A stretch of DNA of 64,000 nucleotides, taken from Pirellulales bacterium (GTDB lineage: Bacteria > Planctomycetota > Planctomycetia > Pirellulales > PALSA-1355). Each line of letters starts with the position of its first letter. The first letter of the stretch is position 1. Positions 31,779 through 41,367 of the stretch are shown in pieces. Location: contig CAVTBU010000005.1 of NCBI GenBank assembly GCA_963733035.1, positions 2,368,001 to 2,432,000 on the forward strand, given 5' to 3'. Below the pieces are notes generated by a model that saw nothing but the letters and a program-made list of their open reading frames with translations, was not told where the DNA came from and did not search any database. A program made the translations under genes and the position numbers.

Positions 31779-32102
31779 CTACCAGAAGCAGAAACCATAC
31801 TTGACGCACGACGTCGTGTAGCCGCCGTTGCGGTAGTACTTGTAGTACTTGCGGTGGTGGTGATACATGAACTCGTGTGGGTTGAGTGGCGGATAGGTGA
31901 TCCAGGTGTGACCGACACGGGGCGGCGTCGGGCGCGGCGAGATGTAAAGCTGCGCCGGATCGCCCTGGCCGAACACGGTCGGGCCGTTGTAGTAGTTGTA
32001 GAAAATGTCGGGATGGTCGGCCGACGCCTGCGAGGCGCCAATGCAGAGCAGCGAGCCCAGCACAAAGGCGGCCAGCGCAGCGCGCATCAGGGTACGTACC
32101 AT
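31779..32102 (-). CDS. Small secreted Tyr/His/Pro-rich protein
   Basis: AAGGAG RBS; signal peptide; DIFYNYY, AQLYISPRPTP, VGHTWITYPPLNPHEFMYHHHR. Confidence 0.8.
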   Translation of the reverse strand: MVRTLMRAALAAFVLGSLLCIGASQASADHPDIFYNYYNGPTVFGQGDPAQLYISPRPTPPRVGHTWITYPPLNPHEFMYHHHRKYYKYYRNGGYTTSCVKYGFCFW

Positions 32103-32530
32103 TGCCGTATTCCTCCTTGAACGGAATGATGGGGACGGGGTTCTATCGCCCGCCGCACGTCAGCCAGACCGGCCGCTGCCGGTGGCCGCCAGGGGGGCAC
32201 GCTTGGGATGTGATTCGTAGGTGCCGGGGGCGGGTGGCGGCCAGGAATCTGGCCGCCGAATCCCCCACAAAGAATCTCGGCCGGGGCGGCTTCTGCGAGT
32301 GAGCCTTTGTGTGTCGATTGTGGCAATTACGCCTGTTCTGCGGCAGTTTTCGCCCGACTGCGGCTGACTGAACGGGGTATAATCGGTATATTCGGCACAG
32401 GCGGAATTCCCTTCCGCGCCGTCGACACGGATGGTCGAGTCCCCTCGCCTGCCTATGGAGTGCGCCGCGGGCTCTCCCCTCCGTTTTATGCCTCCCGCAA
32501 GCTATACCACCTTTGACTACTTATATATAG

Positions 32531-34663
32531 ATGGCCAAGCAACCCAGCAAAGCCGGCAAGCGCCCCCGCAAAGCTCCCCCCAAAAGCAAGCGCCAGGTGG
32601 CCGAGACCGCTAGCGACGTCGTCGAGCACGAAACGGCCGAGGCCAGCGAGAATATCGCCGCGACAAACGGCCACAAGTCGCGTCGCCGGGCCACCGCCCA
32701 GAGCATGGCTGCCAGTCAGCGCGATATCTCGGTCAGCGAGTTCTTCGCCAAGAATCGCCACCTGCTCGGCTTCGATAACCTGCGAAAGGCCCTGCTCACG
32801 ACGATCAAGGAAGCGGTCGACAATTCGCTCGACGCATGTGAAGAGGCCGGCATCTTGCCAGAAATCTGGGTGCACGTCGAACAAACTGGCACGAACCGCT
32901 ACAAGGTGGGCGTGCAGGACAACGGCCCGGGAATTCTCAAGAAACAGATTCCGCTGATCTTTGGCAAGCTGCTCTACGGCTCGAAGTTTCATCGCCTGCG
33001 AATGAGCCGCGGGCAGCAGGGCATCGGCATCAGCGCGGCCGGCATGTACGGCGTGCTAACCACCGGAAAACCGGTGAAAATCGTCTCGAAGACGTCGCCC
33101 CGCAAACCGGCGCACTACTACGAAATCAAAATCGACACCAAGCGCAACCTGCCGGAAATCCTCAACGGCCGCGGTGAAGGCGAAGACATTCCGCCGGGGG
33201 CCGCCGGCACCACCTACATCGAAAAGCACGGCATCGAGTGGATCGAGGTCGATCACGGCACGCGCGTAACGATCGAGCTCGAGGGCAAGTACGTGCGCGG
33301 AAAGGGAAGCGTCGACGAATACCTCGAACAGACGGCGATCGCCAACCCGCATGTCACGATCCATTATCTCGACCCCGAAGTCGGGGCGGGGCAGGGGGAA
33401 GAAAAACTCTACGAGCGCTCGACCGATTTGCTGCCGCGCGAACCGAAGGAAATCAAGCCGCACCCCTACGGCATCGAACTGGGCATGCTGGTCACCATGC
33501 TTTCCGACGCCCGCGGGCAGACGCTCTCGCAGTTTCTCACCTCGAGCTTCAGCAAAGTCAGCTCGGCGGTAGCTTCGCGCGTGTGCCAGACCGCCGGTGT
33601 TGGCACGCGCACCAGCACATCAAAAGTCGGCCGCAACGAAGCCGACAAACTGTTTCAGGCCTTGCGCGAGACGAGAATCGCCTCGCCCTCGACGGACTGC
33701 ATTTCGCCGATCGGCGAGGAGCTCTTGCTCAAGGGTTTGCATCACGTCGTGCCGGGGGAGTTTTACGTCGCCGCCACGCGGCCGCCGGCCGTTTATCGCG
33801 GTAATCCGTTTCAGATCGAAGTGGCCCTGGCCTATGGCGGCATGTCGAGTGCCAACCGCGTGCCATTCGACGTGTTGGAGCAACTGCTCAGCGAAACCGA
33901 CGCCCGCACGCTACGGCAGTTTTTAACGACCACGTTCTATGGCCTGGGGAGCGACGCGGCCGATCAGATCATCAAGGAGGCCGAGCTCAGCCCGCGTACT
34001 TCGGCTGGCAAGATGAAGCCCAAGGAGATCAAACGGCTGCACGAGGCCATGCGAAACGTCAATCTCGAAGCGGGCCAGACGATGAACGTGCTGCGGTATG
34101 CCAACCGCGTGCCGCTGCAGTTTCAGCCGGCCGCCTGTGCGATCACGCAAACCGTGATCGGCACCAACTGGCGAAGCTACGGGCTGAGCCAAACCCGGGG
34201 CGGCCTGCCAACCGGTCCGGTGACGATCATGGTGCACATGGCCAGCGTGTGGGTGCCGTTCACCAGCGAGTCAAAAGAGGCGATCGCCGGCTATCCGGAA
34301 ATTCAAAAGGAATTGCGGCTGGCGCTTCAATCGGCCGGACGGAAGCTGGGCATGTATCTGCGTCGCCGCCTGAAGGTCAAGCAGGAAGGAGAGCGCCGCA
34401 ACATCTTCCTCCGCTACCTGGGCGAAGTGGCCAACGCCGTGAGCGATATCAACAACGCCGACGCCAAAAAACTCTATGACCAACTATTGCTGGTCGCCAA
34501 GAAGAAGACCGCCACGGCCGACGCGAAGCTGGACGAGCGCGGCCGCATTATCGAAGAAACCGAAGAAGCCCTGGAAGCCGACCCCAGCGTGCTCATCGTC
34601 GAGAAACCGAGCGAAGTCGGCATCCGAGGAGCAGAGCAAACCAATGGCCAAACGAACTCGTAA
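32531..34663 (+). CDS. top6B: DNA topoisomerase VI subunit B
   Basis: ISVSEFF.KNRHLLGF; GHKL motifs KEAVDNSLDA, DNGPG, SRGQQGIGIS, GTRV; KPHPYG; RYANRVPL; VPFTSESKEAI. Confidence 0.96.
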   Translation: MAKQPSKAGKRPRKAPPKSKRQVAETASDVVEHETAEASENIAATNGHKSRRRATAQSMAASQRDISVSEFFAKNRHLLGFDNLRKALLTTIKEAVDNSLDACEEAGILPEIWVHVEQTGTNRYKVGVQDNGPGILKKQIPLIFGKLLYGSKFHRLRMSRGQQGIGISAAGMYGVLTTGKPVKIVSKTSPRKPAHYYEIKIDTKRNLPEILNGRGEGEDIPPGAAGTTYIEKHGIEWIEVDHGTRVTIELEGKYVRGKGSVDEYLEQTAIANPHVTIHYLDPEVGAGQGEEKLYERSTDLLPREPKEIKPHPYGIELGMLVTMLSDARGQTLSQFLTSSFSKVSSAVASRVCQTAGVGTRTSTSKVGRNEADKLFQALRETRIASPSTDCISPIGEELLLKGLHHVVPGEFYVAATRPPAVYRGNPFQIEVALAYGGMSSANRVPFDVLEQLLSETDARTLRQFLTTTFYGLGSDAADQIIKEAELSPRTSAGKMKPKEIKRLHEAMRNVNLEAGQTMNVLRYANRVPLQFQPAACAITQTVIGTNWRSYGLSQTRGGLPTGPVTIMVHMASVWVPFTSESKEAIAGYPEIQKELRLALQSAGRKLGMYLRRRLKVKQEGERRNIFLRYLGEVANAVSDINNADAKKLYDQLLLVAKKKTATADAKLDERGRIIEETEEALEADPSVLIVEKPSEVGIRGAEQTNGQTNS

Positions 34664-35815
34664 AGCCGCCGCTCAGAACGGCAAGTCCGCCCCGGACAAG
34701 GAAAAGGTCGTCCTCAGCGATCGCGACAAGAAGACGCTCAAGGACCTGGTCGGGCTGGCGGATCGAATTGTCGTCGATGCCGAGAAGCGGCGCGATCCGT
34801 ACCTCGAGATTCCCACCCGCGCCTGTCGAACGTGCGCTACAACAAAGCCAAGCGGCGGATCGAAATGGGTTCGAACAAGAACCGCCGCCAACTATTCAAC
34901 CTCTCGCAAGCCAAGAGCTACATGCAGACGGTGCTGGTCGCCAGCGGCTGTAAACAACTGATCGAACAGGGCAAGACGCTCAGCTTGCGAGGTCTGTACT
35001 ACAAGCTCAAACACTCGGTCGAAGGTACCCGCGAGGAAACGTTCGAAGACCAGGACGAATGCGATCCGGTGATCGAGGACGTCGAAGTCGGCCTCAATAG
35101 CCTGCGCGAGGAGTTGCACCTGTATGCTTCGAACCGCGGTAATCTGGCCGGGCCGCTTACGCTATTCGATCACGCCACGGGCGACGAAATTGACTGCGCC
35201 CGGATGGGTTCGGCCGGGTACAGTATTCCGTCGATCGTCGAGAACGACGTGATCGAATTCAAGAAGTGCACGGCCAAGTTCATCCTGCACGTCGAAAAAG
35301 ACACCGTTTGGCGGCGGTTCTCGGAAGACAAGTTCTGGCAGAAGTACAACTGCATTCTCACGCACGGCAATGGCCAGCCTCCCCGCGGCGTGCGGCGAAT
35401 GCTCAGCAGACTGCACAACGAATACAAGCTGCCGGTCTACTGCCTGTTGGATAATGATCCGTGGGGATACTACATCTACAGCGTGATCAAACAGGGCTCC
35501 ATCAATCTGGCATTCGAATCCGCGCGGATGGCGATTCCCGAGGCCAAATTCCTGGGCCTGCGGTCCCGCGACTTCGAGCGCTGCGAACTCTCGCCCAGCG
35601 TGAAGATCAATCTCAGCGACACCGACATCAAGCGGGCCAGACAAATCGCCAACTATCCGTGGTTCGAGCACAAGAAGCCCTGGCAAAAGGAAATCGAGCA
35701 GATGCTCAAGAACGGCTTCAAGCTGGAAGTCGAATCGCTCATCTCCAAAGACATCAGCTACGTCACCGAGGTCTACACCCCCGAGCGGCTGGCGGAAGGC
35801 GATTGGCTGGATTGA
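34644..35815 (+). CDS. top6A: DNA topoisomerase VI subunit A (Spo11-like), one frameshift near 34822
   Basis: GAGGAG RBS, MAKRTRK...YLEIPTR joins LSNVRYNK in the next frame; SLRGLYY (catalytic Tyr), VEKD, GQP, DNDPWG (Toprim), KLEVE. Confidence 0.93.
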
Positions 35816-35884
35816 TTCATGCGGTGGCGCCGAGAACACGCGTCACCCAATTCCTCGAAATTCGGATGTGTCAGGGAAATCGCG

Positions 35885-37456
35885 ATGCCTGTTGACGGCC
35901 CGCCGCTGACGCACGCCAATCCCATCGCCGGCCTGCTGGATCGGGGTCTGGAAACCCGGCCCGATGAGCCCGCGCTCGTGTCCACCACGTCGCAACTGAG
36001 CTGGCGACAACTGGCCGATCTGAGCACTCGGCTCGCGGCAAGCTACCTGGCCCTGGGCCTTAAACCCGGCGATCGCGTGGCGTCGTTGATGCCTAATCGC
36101 CCGGCGCTCGTGGTACACTATTTGGCTTGCCTGAAGGCGGGCCTGGTGGCAACTCCGCTCAACTATCGCTACATGGCGCCGGAAATTGATCATGCTCTGG
36201 CGGTTAGCGGTGCCTCGTTGCTGCTGCACCACGCGGAGCGCGACGAGGACGTGGCCGCCACCCGGCTCGCGCGCCAACTGGCGCGCGGCGTCGTTCGCTA
36301 CGGGGCCGAAGACGGACACGGACGGCACTACGAAGATCTGATCACCCAACCGACGCCGAAGGTCGCGCTGCCAGCTCCCCATCTTGATGCGCCGGCGTTC
36401 ATCTACTTCACCTCCGGCAGCACCGGCAAGCCCAAGGGGGTCACGCATTCCCAGCGAACCTACGGCTGGATGATGGCCTCCACCATTCAAGGCATGGAGA
36501 TTTCGAGCGCCGACACGTTTTTGCCCGGCGCATCGTTTTCGCATATCGGCGGATCGCTGTTTGGGCTGTGCACGCTGGCCGCGGGCGCGCAATTGGTCAT
36601 TCCGCGCACAAGCGACAGCTCCGAAATCTTTCCGCTACTACGGGAACATCGGCCCACGGTGCTGTGGATGCTGCCGGCGGCGTTGATCAGCCTGGTTCGC
36701 GACCACGATGCCAATGCGGCCGACTTTTCGTCGATTCGGCTTTGCATGTCGGGCGGCGACAAGGTGGCCACGGAATTGGAGCTGGAGTTTACGTCCCTGG
36801 CCGGCTTTTCAATCGACGAAAGCTACGGGATGACCGAGATCGGACTGGCGACCATCAATCCGCCGTCGGGCGAAAACCGCGTGGGTTCGGTCGGCAAGCT
36901 CTGCCCCGGATACCAAATGTCGCTCCAGAACGACTCGGGCGGCGAAGTGCCGGTGGACAGTCCGGGGCGGTTGTGGATCCGCTCAATCACGAACATGACC
37001 GGTTATTGGAATAACGAACGCGCTACCGCCGAGACAATCAACGACGGCTGGCTCGACACGGGCGACGTGATGCGCGTCGACGCCGACGACTATCTCTGGT
37101 TCTGCGGCCGCAAGAAGCAGATCATCATTCACGACGGTTCGAACATCTGTCCGCAAGAGGTGGAAGAAGCCGTGGAGGAACATCCTGCAATCGCTGCGGC
37201 CGGCGTCGTCGGAGTCCACGACCTGGTTCACGGCGAAAACGTGCGCGCCTATGTCACACTCAAGCGCGGCGCGGCCCAACTCAACGCCGCCGAGGTCATC
37301 CGATTTGTGCGCCAGCGCATCGGATACAAAGCGCCGGAAGAAATCCTGGTCCTGCCCGAAATGCCGCTGACCGCCACGGGCAAACTCGATCGCGTGGCGC
37401 TCAAGCAACTGGCGGAAGAGCGTGTTGCCGGCAGCGCTGCGGGCAGGCAAATGTAG
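35885..37456 (+). CDS. Class I adenylate-forming enzyme (acyl-CoA synthetase-like)
   Basis: FTSGSTGKPKG, SYGMTE, WLDTGD, GRKK, TATGKLDR. Confidence 0.93.
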   Translation: MPVDGPPLTHANPIAGLLDRGLETRPDEPALVSTTSQLSWRQLADLSTRLAASYLALGLKPGDRVASLMPNRPALVVHYLACLKAGLVATPLNYRYMAPEIDHALAVSGASLLLHHAERDEDVAATRLARQLARGVVRYGAEDGHGRHYEDLITQPTPKVALPAPHLDAPAFIYFTSGSTGKPKGVTHSQRTYGWMMASTIQGMEISSADTFLPGASFSHIGGSLFGLCTLAAGAQLVIPRTSDSSEIFPLLREHRPTVLWMLPAALISLVRDHDANAADFSSIRLCMSGGDKVATELELEFTSLAGFSIDESYGMTEIGLATINPPSGENRVGSVGKLCPGYQMSLQNDSGGEVPVDSPGRLWIRSITNMTGYWNNERATAETINDGWLDTGDVMRVDADDYLWFCGRKKQIIIHDGSNICPQEVEEAVEEHPAIAAAGVVGVHDLVHGENVRAYVTLKRGAAQLNAAEVIRFVRQRIGYKAPEEILVLPEMPLTATGKLDRVALKQLAEERVAGSAAGRQM

Positions 37457-37477
37457 CCGACGCCGGATCGACAAAGA

Positions 37478-37601
37478 GCCGCAATGCGGCGAACGTTCGT
37501 AGCCCGCGGGCGTAAGCCCCTGGCGACGCGCGCCCGCATCGCGATCCCTCGCAATTCTCCCAGCGCCCGGGAGGGGCGACAGCGCTACCCCGTCGCCCCT
37601 C
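37478..37601. repeat. REP-like multi-hairpin element between convergent genes
   Basis: GCCGC-AAT-GCGGC; GTAG-tagged CCCGCGGGCGTAAGCCCCTGG; GAGGGGCGAC...GTCGCCCCTC; single copy in this window. Confidence 0.5.
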
Positions 37602-37663
37602 TTTGTGTGACGAACCTGCGAACGTAAGCGAACCGCGAAGTCCTCTCGTGCCGCCAAAAGTTT

Positions 37664-38617
37664 TCACCCCCTCTCCAAATATCCCTCCAGCTTGTCGAAC
37701 GACCCAGTCCAGCCTTGGGCCATGCCGGCGCGGGCTTGGATAAAGGTGGCGAGCTCCTCGGGCGTGGTTTCGCCGTGGGGCTGCCAGGTGACGGTGACGC
37801 GGGTTTGCTCCGAGCCCTCGGGCGTTAGCTTGACCACGGTCAACATCGTGGCGGGCCAGGTGGGCGCCATCGGATGACGCGCGAGATTCTCTTGCTCGTC
37901 GCAAAACTGTTGCGTGTAGACAATGCAGTCAGGCTTGTCGATGCGCAGATAATCGACTCGCCCGTACATGCTGACGCCGGCGTCGTTGAACATCCGATAG
38001 TGGGCGCTGCCGCCGGGCTGGACGTCGCCCCGCAGGAACTCCATTTCGAATCCAGTGGGCGGCATCCATTTGGAAAGGTGCTCCGGATTCGTCCACATCT
38101 CGAACATCACGTCGAGGGGGGCGTCGAACGTGCGGTTGATCACGAACTCCTCTTTGCCGGATGACTCCTTTTCGAGGTATTCGGCCAGACGATCCCAGGT
38201 CGAATCGCCGCCGGCCCGCTTGATGAACTTGCGCGCTTCCGCGGCGGCCTCGGGCGTGGGCCACGCCATGGTCATGTCCATCTGAGTCTGGCCATCGACC
38301 TCGTTGAATTGCACCGTCACGTGGAACATCGCTGGACGATCGTCGTTGCCGCCGTGGTCGTAGACGAGCTTCGCACACTCTTCAACTTCGTGATAGACGT
38401 GCTTGTTCGGGTAATCCGTGCCGTCAGGGCCGTGCATCGTGTAGACCCAGGTGCCGCCGGGGCGTAGGTCCTTGCTGTGCGTGGTGAGGGTGAAACCGCG
38501 CGGGCCCCACCATTTGGCAACCTGCTCGGGATCGGTCCAGGCATCCCAGACGGCTGCGACGGGTGCATCGTAGACCCGCGTGATCGTGAGCTCATTGGAC
38601 TTATTTTTTGCGGGCAT
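37664..38617 (-). CDS. Tandem SRPBCC (AHSA1-like) domain protein
   Basis: Two repeats of ITR.(Y/F)DAP...V(W/F)..WT.PE....W. Confidence 0.92.
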   Translation of the reverse strand: MPAKNKSNELTITRVYDAPVAAVWDAWTDPEQVAKWWGPRGFTLTTHSKDLRPGGTWVYTMHGPDGTDYPNKHVYHEVEECAKLVYDHGGNDDRPAMFHVTVQFNEVDGQTQMDMTMAWPTPEAAAEARKFIKRAGGDSTWDRLAEYLEKESSGKEEFVINRTFDAPLDVMFEMWTNPEHLSKWMPPTGFEMEFLRGDVQPGGSAHYRMFNDAGVSMYGRVDYLRIDKPDCIVYTQQFCDEQENLARHPMAPTWPATMLTVVKLTPEGSEQTRVTVTWQPHGETTPEELATFIQARAGMAQGWTGSFDKLEGYLERG

Positions 38618-38966
38618 GTTTCTTTCCTTGCGAGGACTTTTTGGCGGTAACCGTTTTCAAATACGCTTCGAGGCGGTCGAAGCTCTCTTCCCAGAATTGG
38701 CGATACTGCTCCATCCAATCGGCCGCGTCCTTGAGTCCGTGGCCGTTGAGCTTGCAGGGGCGCCACTGTGCCTGCCGCGACTTGGTGATCAGCCCGGCCT
38801 TTTCCAAGACCTTCAGATGCTTGGTGACGGCCGGCAGGCTCATCTCCTTGCGAAACGGCCGAGCCAGGTCGGAAACACTGGCCTCCCCCTTGGACAGCCG
38901 CGCGAGCATGGCCCGGCGCGTCGGATCGGCGAGGGCGGCAAACGTTTGGCTGAGCGTGTCTGGCAT
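38601..38966 (-). CDS. ArsR/SmtB family transcriptional regulator
   Basis: FAALADPTRRAML...AVTKHLKVLEKAGLI...AQWRPC; overlaps SRPBCC start. Confidence 0.93.
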   Translation of the reverse strand: MPDTLSQTFAALADPTRRAMLARLSKGEASVSDLARPFRKEMSLPAVTKHLKVLEKAGLITKSRQAQWRPCKLNGHGLKDAADWMEQYRQFWEESFDRLEAYLKTVTAKKSSQGKKHARKK

Positions 38967-38970
38967 CGAA

Positions 38971-39031
38971 TTACACCGTGTGGTTAATTAACTTAATGGT
39001 TAAATATAGAGCCTCGACGCCGGGCTGTCAA
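38971..39031 (-). promoter_or_regulatory. Sigma70 promoter and probable ArsR operator
   Basis: TTGACA-N17-TATATT on the minus strand; TTAAC-N6-GTTAA palindrome at 38988-39003 plus a half-site downstream. Confidence 0.7.
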
Positions 39032-39148
39032 CTGGAACCTCGCCTCGACAAGAAATCGACGCGCCGCGATTGCCCTGGGAAGCTGTGCGCGGTTCGAAGT
39101 AGACTGATTGCAACTCGAGATCGCGGGCCCTGGGGAAAGTGACGGCCG

Positions 39149-40375
39149 GTGAATTCACCCATTTTGAATAGTTGCCTGGTAATCGGCACCACGGTCGCTG
39201 CGCTGATCGGCGTGTTTCACCCGCGGATGGTGAATTCCGTTACCTGGCGGGCCACGGTGACGCCGCTGGCCTCGATCATTGGCAGCGGCTTTTTGGTGCT
39301 GGCGCCGATTCTCAAGCACAGCTTCGGGCCCTGGGGCATTGCCGTGATGCTGGCGCTGTGCGTCGGCGCCTATTGGATTGGGGGAGCGATCCGCTTCAAT
39401 ATTGCCCGCTACAGCTATTATGGGCGGCAGGGGCTGGCGGTGCCGCGTCTCGTGTCGCGGCTGGAAGTAGTCGCGTCGTACCTGTTGGTGGCGGCCTACG
39501 GGATTTCTATCACTTACTACCTGAATCTTTTCGGGGCATTCTCGGTCAGTTTGACGACCGCCAACGATCAACTGCACGCGCGGCTCGTGACGACAGGAGC
39601 CATCGTGTTAATTGCGATGATCGGTTGGGTGCGAGGTTTCGCCGGCCTGGAGCGGGCCGAAGAAGGCACCGTCGGGCTGAAGCTGGGAATCATCGCCGGA
39701 CTGTTGGTCGGCCTGTTGGCTTTTTCCGTCGAGCAATGGGGTGCAATCGATGGCTCGTATTTCGCAAGCTCACAGCCGCTCAACTGGCAATCCATCACGG
39801 TGGCAATGGGGCTGATGGTCACCGTGCAGGGCTTCGAAACATCGCGCTATCTGGGCGACGAATTCGACGTGGCCACGCGCATTCGCACGATGCGTATCGC
39901 GCAGTGGATCTCATCGGCGATCTATTTGCTGTACATCGCCATCACGACATTCTGCTTTACCGAGCTGCAAGTGGGCAAAAGCGAGACGGCGATCGTCGGC
40001 ATGACCGAGTTGGTCGCACCCGTACTGCCAGTGATGTTGGTGGCGGCGGCCCTTGCCGCGCAGTTTAGCGCGGCCGTGGCCGATACGGCCGGCTGCGGAG
40101 GGCTGGCCTCCGAGACAACACATCACAAACTAAACGCACGGGTCACTTACGTGCTGGTTGGCGTGTTTGGAATCGGTCTCACCTGGTGGGCCAATATTTA
40201 TGCGATCATCGCGATTGCTTCGCGGGCCTTTGCCGCCTACTACGCGATTCAATGCGCCATTGCCGCGGTCTTCGAAGCACGGTCGGAAGCGAGCAATCGA
40301 CTTCGGGTGGCCGGCTACCTCGTACTGGCCACCGTGGCGGCCCTGATCGTTGTGTTTGGCCGCGCGGTGGAATAG
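39149..40375 (+). CDS. Multi-pass membrane protein, APC-superfamily-like permease
   Basis: About 12 TM segments; TPLASIIGSGFL and VQGFETSRYLG broken-helix motifs. Confidence 0.75.
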   Translation: MNSPILNSCLVIGTTVAALIGVFHPRMVNSVTWRATVTPLASIIGSGFLVLAPILKHSFGPWGIAVMLALCVGAYWIGGAIRFNIARYSYYGRQGLAVPRLVSRLEVVASYLLVAAYGISITYYLNLFGAFSVSLTTANDQLHARLVTTGAIVLIAMIGWVRGFAGLERAEEGTVGLKLGIIAGLLVGLLAFSVEQWGAIDGSYFASSQPLNWQSITVAMGLMVTVQGFETSRYLGDEFDVATRIRTMRIAQWISSAIYLLYIAITTFCFTELQVGKSETAIVGMTELVAPVLPVMLVAAALAAQFSAAVADTAGCGGLASETTHHKLNARVTYVLVGVFGIGLTWWANIYAIIAIASRAFAAYYAIQCAIAAVFEARSEASNRLRVAGYLVLATVAALIVVFGRAVE

Positions 40376-40587
40376 GTTCCGGCAGTTTGATCGAGTCGGC
40401 TTGCGAATTCCTGTCGAACTGGCGGCATGGGTGGTGCTTCCGCGATGAGCGTCGCGAAAGTCGCTGCTTTGCGCGAAGGATCTGTGATCTGCCACGCGGG
40501 TTTGCTAGGATCAATCCCCTGAATCACCGTTAGTAACCGCAGCAAGCGGCGGCGGTGCGTTCAGTTCGGCAAGCAGCATAACGAGCG

Positions 40588-41174
40588 ATGACGCCAAAGC
40601 TCCTTCTTGAAATCGCGCTTCGAGTTATGGGGCTCTGGTTCTTCTTTAATTCGATTATCACTCTCGTGTCGACCGTCGCGGCCCTTTTCTCGCTCCCCGG
40701 TCAGCACAGCTATCTTTTGGGAGCCGTCGCGATAGGGATCGCGCAGTTCTTTCTTGGCGGACTGCTCGCATTCGGGCGCCTGCCGTAGCGACTTGGTTCT
40801 ACCCTCAGGTCGCCGAGCGCGAAGGGGATCGCGTTAGCGTCGGTCCGGGCGACGTCTATCGCACGGCCTGTTTCGTGCTCGGTGTCTGGTTGCTGATAGC
40901 CATAGTCGAGCCAGCTGAACGTTTGGTGACTGCCGGACTGAGCAGAAACCAATCCGGTCGATTCGCCGCCGATTCAGTGACGCTCATTGTTTATGCTGCC
41001 AGCGGTCTACTCCTCGTCTTTGGGTCGCGCCGCATCGCCGAATTGCTTTCAAACCTCCGCTACGATCCGGATACGATTCCCAAACAGCAGGTCAGTCTCG
41101 CAATGCTGCTGACCTTGATCGTGGTAGTCGCTATTGTCCTGGCAGCATTCCGGATGATCTCCCTCGCTTCTTAA
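40588..41174 (+). CDS. Membrane protein, one frameshift near 40775
   Basis: ORF 40588 (…LLAFG) continues as APAVATWFYP...CFVLGVWLL in the frame of ORF 40875. Confidence 0.6.
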
Positions 41175-41367
41175 AGTTGGCTCGCAACCAGCGCCACACG
41201 ACATCCCGCGCCTTCGCCAGCAGAACCTGCGGAATTTGCGCGGTTGGAATGAACTATAGTTGTGAAGGCGCGGCGCATTTCACCATGGTTTGCCGCAATT
41301 GCTTGCGTCGCCCCAGCCAGGATGACACCAATCGCTCACTCACACCGTAACTAGTTTGCAGGTCCCC

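Noticed and set aside
34800..34840. Programmed ribosomal frameshift in top6A
   Set aside because: No slippery heptamer; one missing base restores PTR-x-LSNVRY, and five similar indels occur in the window
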